Source of the DNA: a virus
Direction: 5' to 3' (one strand)
UHGV virus genome: UHGV-0212814
DNA: 49,586 nucleotides
Within the stretch, counting starts at the first letter, position 1. The number at the start of each line of letters is the position of its first letter. Under the pieces are notes generated by a model. That model did not search any database, was not told the DNA's origin, and was given only the letters and a program-made list of their open reading frames with translations. Below are positions 7,819 through 16,110 of the stretch, piece after piece. A program made the position numbers and the translations under genes.

Positions 7819-8539
7819 CCGTTCCACCTCCTGCAATTGTAGTAATCTCCACCAAGTAGGCCTTAAGCACATCTGACTGATACTGCTCCGGCACATCGGC
7901 GCCGTAGAATATCTCGGCTACCTCATCCGTGGTCTGGCAGCCAGCAATCCACATGTTAAGTGCGTTACAGTACGTGGTGTGATAGGACACATGCCACATG
8001 GCCGCCTGGATGATGGCCTGCATGTCTGCCGCGCTGTAATACCTGCAGGGCTGTCCATCGGCATGGTACTCCAGCTGAGTTGCCCCGGCAGTTATCTGGC
8101 TCAGCTTACCGAACAGGTTAAGCTGGTCCTCGATGGTCAGAGCATAATGCTCCACGCTGCCATCAGCCAACGCCACGTTGATACCGGCATAGATAAGCCC
8201 CTCACACTCCGCTGCCACCTCCCGGCGCTTACCTGCCTGCAGCTCCCCCAAGGTCGGGACATAAGGTTCCGGAGGCTCCCCTGGTCCATCCGGCGTATCA
8301 GGTGCCTGATACACGCTGCCATCATTGGACAGATACACCGTCTGTCCATCGTCCCGATACACCGTGTCATACCCGGTTAGGGTTGCTGCCTCCGTGCCAT
8401 CCTCGGTGTAGATGGTGATGTCTCCCCAGGAGATGGGCACGGGGTCGGCAAACACAATCTGCATGACATTGGGAGACATGGGGCGGATACCCTTAATCTC
8501 ATACAGCGGCTCATCCTTTCCTATTCTGATTTTTTCCAT
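7799..8539 (-). CDS. hypothetical tail-associated protein
   Basis: 246 aa from the ATG with RBS GAAGGT; lies between the fibre genes and the lysis cassette. Confidence 0.5.
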   Translation of the reverse strand: MEKIRIGKDEPLYEIKGIRPMSPNVMQIVFADPVPISWGDITIYTEDGTEAATLTGYDTVYRDDGQTVYLSNDGSVYQAPDTPDGPGEPPEPYVPTLGELQAGKRREVAAECEGLIYAGINVALADGSVEHYALTIEDQLNLFGKLSQITAGATQLEYHADGQPCRYYSAADMQAIIQAAMWHVSYHTTYCNALNMWIAGCQTTDEVAEIFYGADVPEQYQSDVLKAYLVEITTIAGGGTDATPEG

Positions 8540-8610
8540 GTTTTTACCTTCTTTCTGCATTTTTATGTATTATAAAAGGCCCTTGGAGGGCCTGAATTTT
8601 CGTTTTTGCT

Positions 8611-9207
8611 GTGTGTTATACCAATTTAGATGGTAGGACTGCAGTGGCTGATTTGCTTGCAATTGCTAATATTGGGCCATCTGGTAGACGGATTGTACAA
8701 TGCAATGAAAACACGCTTAATACACCGTATGAGGCAGGACTGACCAATGGTAAAAGTGGCACAGCATACATCAACATGTCATCTGTCGATTATGGGACAA
8801 TATTATATATCGTATCTGGGACTAATCGGATATTTTTGCGGTCCAAAGATAACGGAATCTGGAGTAATTGGGGTGAACTCTTAAAAAAAGCGGATTATGA
8901 AGCAAAAAAAATCACTAATTCTTACGGCCTTACAATAGTTTTATTTACGTTTGGCAGTGATACTATTAAAGCAATAAAAATCGGGGGATATGTAAATAAA
9001 GCCCTGTCTGCGGGTACAGCATATACTATTGCTACTAATACTGAGGTCAAATCCCGCGTGGAATGGTATCACAATATACATTGTGGTATCAACGGAATAA
9101 ATACAGTTGCCTATCTGCGTATTACTACAGATGGAAATATTGTACTTACGCCACAAACAGCAATTGCTTCTGGAGTTGGCATAAATATCGCAGAGTATTA
9201 TGTATAA
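8611..9207 (+). CDS. start-less alternative tail-fibre C-terminal cassette (silent in this orientation)
   Basis: 198-codon open frame in low-GC DNA with no ATG or SD; convergent with the fibre gene; begins exactly at a 12-bp inverted repeat shared in frame with that gene; contains a W..W motif similar to the fibre C-terminus. Confidence 0.4.
   Translation: MCYTNLDGRTAVADLLAIANIGPSGRRIVQCNENTLNTPYEAGLTNGKSGTAYINMSSVDYGTILYIVSGTNRIFLRSKDNGIWSNWGELLKKADYEAKKITNSYGLTIVLFTFGSDTIKAIKIGGYVNKALSAGTAYTIATNTEVKSRVEWYHNIHCGINGINTVAYLRITTDGNIVLTPQTAIASGVGINIAEYYV
8618..8629. repeat. inverted repeat ATACCAATTTAG (left copy)
   Basis: its reverse complement lies at 9660-9671; both encode T-N-L in frame. 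Confidence 0.6.
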
Positions 9208-9222
9208 TAATCAGTTAGATGA

Positions 9223-10044
9223 TTATTTATCGAAATAGATATATCCTATCAAAGCATTAGCATTATTGTCATAAACTGCAAGGGATTTTGTTCCTTGTGG
9301 TGATGGTTCGACTTGCAGACGAATCTGATGATAGTTCGAGCCAGCCAGCACACTCCCTGTTGCCATTCGGAAGGCAGAATTCTCATTTAAATCCGCATTT
9401 GACATTACTTTTTCCCATGAGGACCAACCTGTTTCCGCCACATATCGCCGGGTAAATAATTGTCCCATGTTACTTTTTGTTGTACTATACACACATTGGG
9501 CTAACTGCGAAAAGTTGGTATCGCTATCACCATTGGGCTGTACAACAAACGTATTTATGCCTGATATAGGCATATTTAGGCCATCGTAGATTCTATATGT
9601 TAATGCTGTGTTTGTGATATCTGGCTTAGCGTTATTACAATTGGTTATAGTTTTTATTGCTAAATTGGTATTGAGCACAGTATAAAGGTCCATCAAAGCC
9701 TTACCCTGTGCCGCCGAAAGGGGCAGTTTGGCATTATCCGTCACACAGTTGTTGACTATGCTGCCAATCAGGCAGACCCCCGTCATCCAGTTCTTGGTAT
9801 CCTCAAAAAATTTCTTGACCTTCCCCAGGAATGTCTTCGGCTTCTCACCGGCCACCGGGACCGGGAAATCTGTGGTTATGTTATCCAGCGTCTTTACCGT
9901 CATCTCAGATATATCCCCACCGGAGGATTCCGCCTTCTTTTTCAGCGCTGCGTCTACCACATCTGCGTTGTCATTGAAATCCTGTATATCAACCGGATCC
10001 GTACCTTCCGGCTTTTTTAGATTATAATTAGGTGTTAACTGCAT
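9223..10044 (-). CDS. tail fibre / receptor-binding protein (constant N-term plus variable C-term)
   Basis: 273 aa; GC drops from about 48% to about 40% near codon 128, where the inverted repeat sits. Confidence 0.6.
   Translation of the reverse strand: MQLTPNYNLKKPEGTDPVDIQDFNDNADVVDAALKKKAESSGGDISEMTVKTLDNITTDFPVPVAGEKPKTFLGKVKKFFEDTKNWMTGVCLIGSIVNNCVTDNAKLPLSAAQGKALMDLYTVLNTNLAIKTITNCNNAKPDITNTALTYRIYDGLNMPISGINTFVVQPNGDSDTNFSQLAQCVYSTTKSNMGQLFTRRYVAETGWSSWEKVMSNADLNENSAFRMATGSVLAGSNYHQIRLQVEPSPQGTKSLAVYDNNANALIGYIYFDK
9660..9671. repeat. inverted repeat CTAAATTGGTAT (right copy, inside the fibre gene at codons 125-128)
   Basis: perfect reverse complement of 8618-8629; imperfect extension to about 27 nt (21/27). 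Confidence 0.6.
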
Positions 10045-10047
10045 ATC

Positions 10048-10662
10048 CTATGCCTCCTTTAATGTCCTTACGTCATCCCAGGTCATGTCCCCAAGACGGT
10101 TCCATATATATGGTTTCAGTTCGTTCCATGTGGTGTATCGGTACTCAAACCGGTAGGCCAGATGCGCTGGCTTTATGTCCTCCAACATGGAGACAAATGC
10201 CTGCATGTTCCGGGGGATCCCTTTGATGCCGATAAACTGGATAATAAAAAAGTGATTGGGGTTATCCTCAATCACCTTTACCTCCCCGCCCGAAAAGGCC
10301 ACGGCCGTATCCTCTATCATCTTCCGGGTTGTGGTCCCCTGGCCCCGGAGTTTTGCCATGAGTATTTCCCGGCGCTGCTCATAGGTCAGGGACATGTTCG
10401 TGGCCACACCCAGCATCTGCTCCCACCTGGACAGCCCCCAGGTGGCCGTCACGATATAGCATTGGTCAATCAGGTCCTCCAGGTCATGTTGTAGCTGCCC
10501 TACCTCATAGCCCTGTGTCCGGTATATCTCCGCCATCTCCCGGAGCTCTGCCAGGAATGGCGGTGCATACCGCGCCAGGTCCACAAAATACTCCTCCGGG
10601 ACAGTACTGCCTGAGCCCTCCTGGGCGTACTGGCTGCGGCCATATAATGTCTTCCCATACAT
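10048..10662 (-). CDS. phage tail protein (possibly DUF2313/XkdU-like)
   Basis: 204 aa; position between the fibre genes; WGLSRWEQMLG motif. Confidence 0.45.
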   Translation of the reverse strand: MYGKTLYGRSQYAQEGSGSTVPEEYFVDLARYAPPFLAELREMAEIYRTQGYEVGQLQHDLEDLIDQCYIVTATWGLSRWEQMLGVATNMSLTYEQRREILMAKLRGQGTTTRKMIEDTAVAFSGGEVKVIEDNPNHFFIIQFIGIKGIPRNMQAFVSMLEDIKPAHLAYRFEYRYTTWNELKPYIWNRLGDMTWDDVRTLKEA

Positions 10663-10665
10663 GCC

Positions 10666-12741
10666 TTACACCCCCTTCAGGTCATTCCATGTCAGCGCCG
10701 GATTACTGCCGGCCGTCACATGGCCCTGCGCATTGACCGTGACACTCCGGTAGGTTCCGGCTGTCACCCCGCTGCTTGGATGGCTATATTTCGTATCAGG
10801 CGGTGTCTGCCAGGTCCCATCCGCCCTTAAATATTTTGTCTGCGCCCCTGCTGCTGGGGCCGGGACCAGACCAGTCCCGCCAGCGGCGCTTGAGGTGGCT
10901 GCCTTGAATACGGCATATGTGGTATTGTCATCCGCCCCCCACGCCGCAGTCCCATCAGCACTCCATCGTAGTATCTGCCCGCTGGACCCGCCGGATGGGA
11001 CATGCTTATTCCCTGCCGTAGTGGGGTGCACATACTTATTGGCCCCCTCCGCAATCCCCGCCAGCTTATCTAACATGGCCTGGGTGATTTTGTCCAGTAC
11101 CGTCTTATTCGCATGTGTGTGCTCCTGGCTGGTGTCCACATCCGCAGCAGTCAGATAGCCGGAATCGTTCGTGAACTGTGACAGCTTCGTGGGCATGTCC
11201 GTAATCTGGCTCTTGGTATGGCTATGGGAGGATGGCGGGAAGGTTGATGGCTTACTGCCTATCTCTGTCCAGGCATATGCAGGCTTTGCAGATGCCTTTG
11301 CCCAGGCTGGGACATCCGATGCGGGCATGGAGGACGGTTTGTTCCTGATATAGGCATCGGAGCCGGTATCCGTCACATCCCAGTCTGGCTGTACGTTGAC
11401 CTCAGCCCCTGATGCAATCCCCGCCAGCTTATCCAGCATGGCCTGGGTCAGCTTGTCAATCACGCCCTTATTGCTGTGGGCATGCTTCTTGGTATCGGCA
11501 TCGTTCCAGTTCGCCCGTTCCGTTGCCGTGATATGCTGGACCGTATCGGCTTTATGGGTGATGAAATCCGCTATGGCCTTTGCAATCTTCCCCATGGCCG
11601 CACCCAGTTTATCTCCGCTGGTCAGATTGGCCAGTGTGGTCGCCTGCGTATAGGTCGGTACCTGGTCATTGGTCGCCACATTGGGCACGCTCCCCAGCCC
11701 CACCTGTGACTTTGTCACCCCATGTGGATTACTTTTATTACTGATGTGGGTATAGGCATCCGACCAATTGGCCAGCAGTGTTTCCGTCAGCTTATCCAGG
11801 GTGGATTTGTTGCCATGGGAATGACGCTTATTGTATGCGTCATCATAATGGGTCTTATCCTCCTTGCTGAGCAGCCCATCCACACTCTGGGTCGCCTTGG
11901 GGATTGCATTGGCAGATATGGCAATCCAGGCAGTGCCATCCCAACGGTATGTGTAATCCGTGTCCTTGACATTTACCGTCCATCCATCATCGGGGTGAGG
12001 ATACGTTGCTGCAAGGTCTGCATAGGTATCAACCGCCTCTTTCCAGTCGATGGCTGTCTCCAGGGCGGAGAACTTATTGTCCACCTCGTTACGGGTGTAT
12101 TTATCATCCCAACTGGGCTTATTGGTATTGATGGTAGCCCGTATGGCATCCTCTGCAGCCGTGGCCCTGGATTTCTCCGCTGTGACTGCATCGCTATTTA
12201 CTTTCTCCGCTGCCTTTGCCCGCGTCACCTCGGCCGCCAGGTCAACCTTCAGCCCCTGTTCCGCTTCTTCCGCCCGTCTGGCCTCCGTATCAACCCGGCC
12301 ATCCAGACGGTCCTCCTCCTGCGTGGCGCGGTTGGTTTCTGCCTGCAGGTCATCTGTTAATTTCTTCTCTGCCCCCAGGGCCCTGGTTTCCTCCGCATTC
12401 AGCGCCTCCTGTGTTGCAACGATGGATTCCTGCACCCGGTTGATGTCGTCCCCCTCAACGGTATCCCCGTCAGTCTCATAGCTGATGTAGACCACCGGCG
12501 CATCCGCATACACCCGGACTATCCGTTTCCAGGGCGCCAGGCTGGGCGTTGACAGGGTATATGTTTCCAGGCGCTCCCCTGTCAGCTTCGGGCCGGTGAA
12601 CACAGCGAAGGTAGCCTCGTTGATGTTGTCATGCTGCAGCTCCGCCTCATACACGCCATTGGTAAGATGGATTTCCTCCTCCACGACATAGATGTTCCCA
12701 TCAACCTTATTCAATTTCTCATAAAAAACGTTTACCTGCAT
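10666..12741 (-). CDS. tail fibre protein with internal tandem repeats
   Basis: 691 aa; three copies of H-x-H-x-NK..LDK(L/I)TQAMLDKLAGIA plus coiled-coil; about 360-nt DNA direct repeats (11045-11110 and 11405-11470). Confidence 0.7.
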   Translation of the reverse strand: MQVNVFYEKLNKVDGNIYVVEEEIHLTNGVYEAELQHDNINEATFAVFTGPKLTGERLETYTLSTPSLAPWKRIVRVYADAPVVYISYETDGDTVEGDDINRVQESIVATQEALNAEETRALGAEKKLTDDLQAETNRATQEEDRLDGRVDTEARRAEEAEQGLKVDLAAEVTRAKAAEKVNSDAVTAEKSRATAAEDAIRATINTNKPSWDDKYTRNEVDNKFSALETAIDWKEAVDTYADLAATYPHPDDGWTVNVKDTDYTYRWDGTAWIAISANAIPKATQSVDGLLSKEDKTHYDDAYNKRHSHGNKSTLDKLTETLLANWSDAYTHISNKSNPHGVTKSQVGLGSVPNVATNDQVPTYTQATTLANLTSGDKLGAAMGKIAKAIADFITHKADTVQHITATERANWNDADTKKHAHSNKGVIDKLTQAMLDKLAGIASGAEVNVQPDWDVTDTGSDAYIRNKPSSMPASDVPAWAKASAKPAYAWTEIGSKPSTFPPSSHSHTKSQITDMPTKLSQFTNDSGYLTAADVDTSQEHTHANKTVLDKITQAMLDKLAGIAEGANKYVHPTTAGNKHVPSGGSSGQILRWSADGTAAWGADDNTTYAVFKAATSSAAGGTGLVPAPAAGAQTKYLRADGTWQTPPDTKYSHPSSGVTAGTYRSVTVNAQGHVTAGSNPALTWNDLKGV

Positions 12742-13775
12742 CAGCCCACCTCCAGTGTGACCGTACCGGCCACCGCAATCTCATCCTCCATCAGGGCCAC
12801 GTTGCCGGATACGCCGTTAAGCAGCAGGTTGGAATAATCCTCCACGCCCTCAGTCCCCAGCAGCAGGTTCCCTACCCTGGCCAGGCTCACATAGGACAGG
12901 TCCAGGGCCTCATTGTGCAGGTAGCCTGTCAACTTTGCCTGGAATGCATTCTGGACGACCCCCAGGTTCATGCCTGCCTGCAGCTTGATTCCAGCCGATA
13001 CATTGACAGCCTTCTCCACCACAGATGCCACCGTGACATCCGCGCCGATGGGGCGCAACTCCTCGATATGCCCCCGTACCATCTCCAACAGGCCGGTACC
13101 GGCGGCGGACATGTTGGCATCCGCTATGATGACCTTGACCGTCCCCGGTCCGCTGGACAGCGGGAAGACCTTGGCAGCCCCTACGCCCTCACACTCCATG
13201 GCCCAGTTGTAATAATCATACCGGTTGCCACTGGTGGAAGGCTTCTGTACCTTTGTCAGGTACCGCTCCAGCAGGGCCTCCGTGGGTTCCTCATCGCTCC
13301 CGTCCATGATGATTCCTGTCAGTTCCGCCCTCGTGAGTCCCTGGATGTAATCAATGGGGACCAAGGTTCCCAGCTCCCGGTTCCCGGCAGAGCCTGCCGT
13401 CTCGCATTCCATGCGGTAAATACCTTCCTCCATACGGTCTATGGCGACATAATTTAAGGTCCCCAGGGAGAACCGGGAACCTATCTCGATATCAATGTTA
13501 AATTCACCTTTCAAGACAGCCTTGGTTGCCGGATGTGGGGTCATATCCCATTCCGCGCAACGCCTGATTAGGTACTCGCGGGTTGCTGTGCCGGCGAACA
13601 CCTGGTCAAGGGTCCAGTCAAGCCCTATGTACGCATTCTGCAGTTCCACCGCAGTAGGTGCAAGGGCCGTATATATGGGGGAACTCTGCCTTGTATCCAT
13701 CCCCGGGCTATAATCCTTTGCCCTCCGGAGCATCCTGTCAAGGATGACCTCATATGTAGTATCTTCATACATCAC
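12741..13775 (-). CDS. baseplate J-like protein (XkdT-like)
   Basis: 344 aa; conserved order after the XkdS-like gene. Confidence 0.75.
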   Translation of the reverse strand: MMYEDTTYEVILDRMLRRAKDYSPGMDTRQSSPIYTALAPTAVELQNAYIGLDWTLDQVFAGTATREYLIRRCAEWDMTPHPATKAVLKGEFNIDIEIGSRFSLGTLNYVAIDRMEEGIYRMECETAGSAGNRELGTLVPIDYIQGLTRAELTGIIMDGSDEEPTEALLERYLTKVQKPSTSGNRYDYYNWAMECEGVGAAKVFPLSSGPGTVKVIIADANMSAAGTGLLEMVRGHIEELRPIGADVTVASVVEKAVNVSAGIKLQAGMNLGVVQNAFQAKLTGYLHNEALDLSYVSLARVGNLLLGTEGVEDYSNLLLNGVSGNVALMEDEIAVAGTVTLEVG

Positions 13776-14167
13776 ACATCCACCTCCTTGGTTGCACCAA
13801 TATCACCGTACCGGGTATGGACCGTAAACGTCACGGAAAGTTTCCGGCCGGAACCCTCAAAGGAAAACGCATCAACCCCCTGTATCCGGTCATCCTGCAT
13901 CAATGCCTCCTTTATACGCTTCTTTATTTTTGATTTGACCAGACCCATGGGTTTCCCGAACAGTCCCCTCAGTTCCACACCATAATTCCAGTCGTATATA
14001 AGCCAATCATACCTCTCCGTGTTGAGGATGCAGTGTACGGCCTGCTGCACCGCATCCCTTCCATCCACATAACCGGACAATGTGTCATCATTCATCCGGA
14101 ATGCCTTTGATGGAATCTCCTGTACCTCAAAATCAGACTCCAGGATGTCTCCCGTCTTCGGCAGCAT
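13772..14167 (-). CDS. baseplate protein (XkdS/gp25-like)
   Basis: about 131 aa from the ATG with RBS AAGGAGGTG; the track ORF extends to 14221. Confidence 0.55.
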   Translation of the reverse strand: MLPKTGDILESDFEVQEIPSKAFRMNDDTLSGYVDGRDAVQQAVHCILNTERYDWLIYDWNYGVELRGLFGKPMGLVKSKIKKRIKEALMQDDRIQGVDAFSFEGSGRKLSVTFTVHTRYGDIGATKEVDV

Positions 14168-14183
14168 CTTAAACACCTCCTTA

Positions 14184-14495
14184 TTAATACCGGTCCACCA
14201 CAAGATACTGTTGGGCACCACGCTTCTGCACCAGGATTACCGTATCGCCCGCTTTCAAGGCATTCTTAATGGCAGCGGAAACAATACCCACACCGGGGAT
14301 GGACATCTGCTGCGCATGGTCCGTCAGATATTGCGGCACCAGAAGCTGGTTTCCAGTGACCGTGGTCTTCTGGTCAATCTGTACCGCCAGGGGTGTTGCG
14401 GATACAACGGTCCCCTGCATCACGTCACACGGCCTTCCGGCCTCCACGGCCTGCATGGAAATCTGCCGCATATTCTCAATCCACACATTATCCAT
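14184..14495 (-). CDS. XkdR-like small tail protein
   Basis: 103 aa between the XkdQ-like and XkdS-like genes. Confidence 0.5.
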   Translation of the reverse strand: MDNVWIENMRQISMQAVEAGRPCDVMQGTVVSATPLAVQIDQKTTVTGNQLLVPQYLTDHAQQMSIPGVGIVSAAIKNALKAGDTVILVQKRGAQQYLVVDRY

Positions 14496-15447
14496 TGATA
14501 CCAGCTCCTCTCAATGCCAGGTCCATTGTATGTATTCCTTCATCAATCTTATGCGTGACGGACTCCACCAGGAGATAGTTCTTCAGCTGCATGTCCTTCA
14601 CGTCCAGGAACACGGGGATGAGGCATCCTGCACGCACCTTGATGTCCCCAAATGCCCCCTTGACGGACAGGCTCCTGGTGGGACGGTTATACAGCCCCAG
14701 GTACGTCTCCGCTATTTTCTGCCCGTCCACCCCCTTATCCAGTGACTCGCTCATCTGCAGCACACCCCATTTATTGATGTTCTCCGTGTGCCTGGTCATG
14801 AAGACATCCCGTTTCTTGGTATCATCATTGTCGCGGTAAAGCTTAATCTGGTTATAGGTATCCTTATCAATGCTGATTGTGAAGTCATAATCCTGGGCCG
14901 TGCCGTCATCTATCATGATGTCCAGTTTCATGTCCTCTACATTCCTCAGTGCCAGCTTACCGACATCGTCATAAAGGACATACATTTTACCTGTGGCCAT
15001 CATGGTCAGGTCCAGGGCATTCAGGATGATGTCAAACAGGGTGGTGTCCGGCTCATTCCGGTATGGTATCTTATACCCCGTATCGTCAAGCACGCCCGTC
15101 CGTAGGTTGAAATCCCCGGCTATCATCTGGATTACCTCTCCTGCCGTCCTATCCTCATAGCTGTAGCTGTCCTTGTTCTTAAGGTACCGGAGCTGGTCAT
15201 AGGCCGTGACCTTGACTTCCCCATCACTGCTCCAGTTCCGCTCAAAGATGAATCCAAAGAATACCGGTTTCCCGTTCACATCCAGCCGGACGGCATTTCC
15301 TTCCTCAATCTCCAGCTTCCCGTCCGGGATGACAGTGAAGGAACATTTCCCCGGCTGCCCCTTACGTGCGGTATCCCAGGTGACACTCCCCTCCACCACC
15401 GGCTCATAGACCGCCTGGCCATTCTGTATATAGACATGTACATTCAT
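14488..15447 (-). CDS. XkdQ-like tail/baseplate protein
   Basis: 319 aa following the LysM XkdP-like gene. Confidence 0.65.
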   Translation of the reverse strand: MNVHVYIQNGQAVYEPVVEGSVTWDTARKGQPGKCSFTVIPDGKLEIEEGNAVRLDVNGKPVFFGFIFERNWSSDGEVKVTAYDQLRYLKNKDSYSYEDRTAGEVIQMIAGDFNLRTGVLDDTGYKIPYRNEPDTTLFDIILNALDLTMMATGKMYVLYDDVGKLALRNVEDMKLDIMIDDGTAQDYDFTISIDKDTYNQIKLYRDNDDTKKRDVFMTRHTENINKWGVLQMSESLDKGVDGQKIAETYLGLYNRPTRSLSVKGAFGDIKVRAGCLIPVFLDVKDMQLKNYLLVESVTHKIDEGIHTMDLALRGAGING

Positions 15448-15459
15448 GGACCCACCTCC

Positions 15460-16110
15460 TTATGGCATTGTCAATACCTGGCCGGTATTAATTTTATTTG
15501 GGTTGCTTATCTTATCCAGGTTGAGGTTATGGATTTCCTTCCACCTGCCCCCATCCCCAAGCTGCTTCTTTGCTATGTTCCAGAGGCAGTCACCGCCTTG
15601 TACGGTATAGGTCCTGGCCTGTGGCTGCTCCGCCGGCCGGTCATCCTGTGGCGTTTCAGCGGTTGGGGTGGGCTGGTCCTCAACGATAGTGAAGTTCATG
15701 ACCTTTGTCCCGTAATGCCTGGCCTCCTTCATGGTGATGGAGATTACCAGGTCCAGGCCTTCCTTCACATCATCCGATACCTTGTAATCCTCCAGGGTCA
15801 CGTCCATGTTGGTGTCGAAGGAATCACGGATGACGATGAACTCAAAGGAGCCTCTGCTGTCCTTCAGGTCCTGCAGATGGCTTATGAAGTCCTCCGCATC
15901 GTCCACGCTCCCATCCCAGACAGCACTTGGATAGTCCATCTGGGGCAGGATTATGTCCAGGCTGATTTCCGCAAGGCCCGGAGGCCGTAGGAGGTTGATT
16001 TCATCCCCGTTTATCAGCGTGACCGTCTTGTTCTGGCCGGGATACTTGATGGGTATCTTTTGGGGTGGGACTGGGAGGAGCATGTCATCTATGTATACCT
16101 CATATGCCAT
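15460..16110 (-). CDS. LysM-domain tail protein (XkdP-like)
   Basis: C-terminal LysM: YTVQGGDCLWNIAKKQLGDGGRWKEIHNLN...INTGQVLTMP. Confidence 0.8.
   Translation of the reverse strand: MAYEVYIDDMLLPVPPQKIPIKYPGQNKTVTLINGDEINLLRPPGLAEISLDIILPQMDYPSAVWDGSVDDAEDFISHLQDLKDSRGSFEFIVIRDSFDTNMDVTLEDYKVSDDVKEGLDLVISITMKEARHYGTKVMNFTIVEDQPTPTAETPQDDRPAEQPQARTYTVQGGDCLWNIAKKQLGDGGRWKEIHNLNLDKISNPNKINTGQVLTMP

Noticed and set aside
8600-10044. Gin/Hin-type invertase or DGR reverse transcriptase expected next to the putative invertible fibre segment
   Set aside because: No serine recombinase or RT-like ORF exists anywhere in the window. The switch, if active, needs a trans-acting enzyme. This weakens but does not remove the inversion hypothesis.
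11722-12360. 212-aa plus-strand ORF and several other long antisense ORFs (11396-12481, 12915-13457, 14269-14745, 23813-24991, 45021-45773, 46544-47521)
   Set aside because: All are antisense to well-supported structural or replication genes in GC-rich DNA where long spurious frames are expected. None has an RBS.
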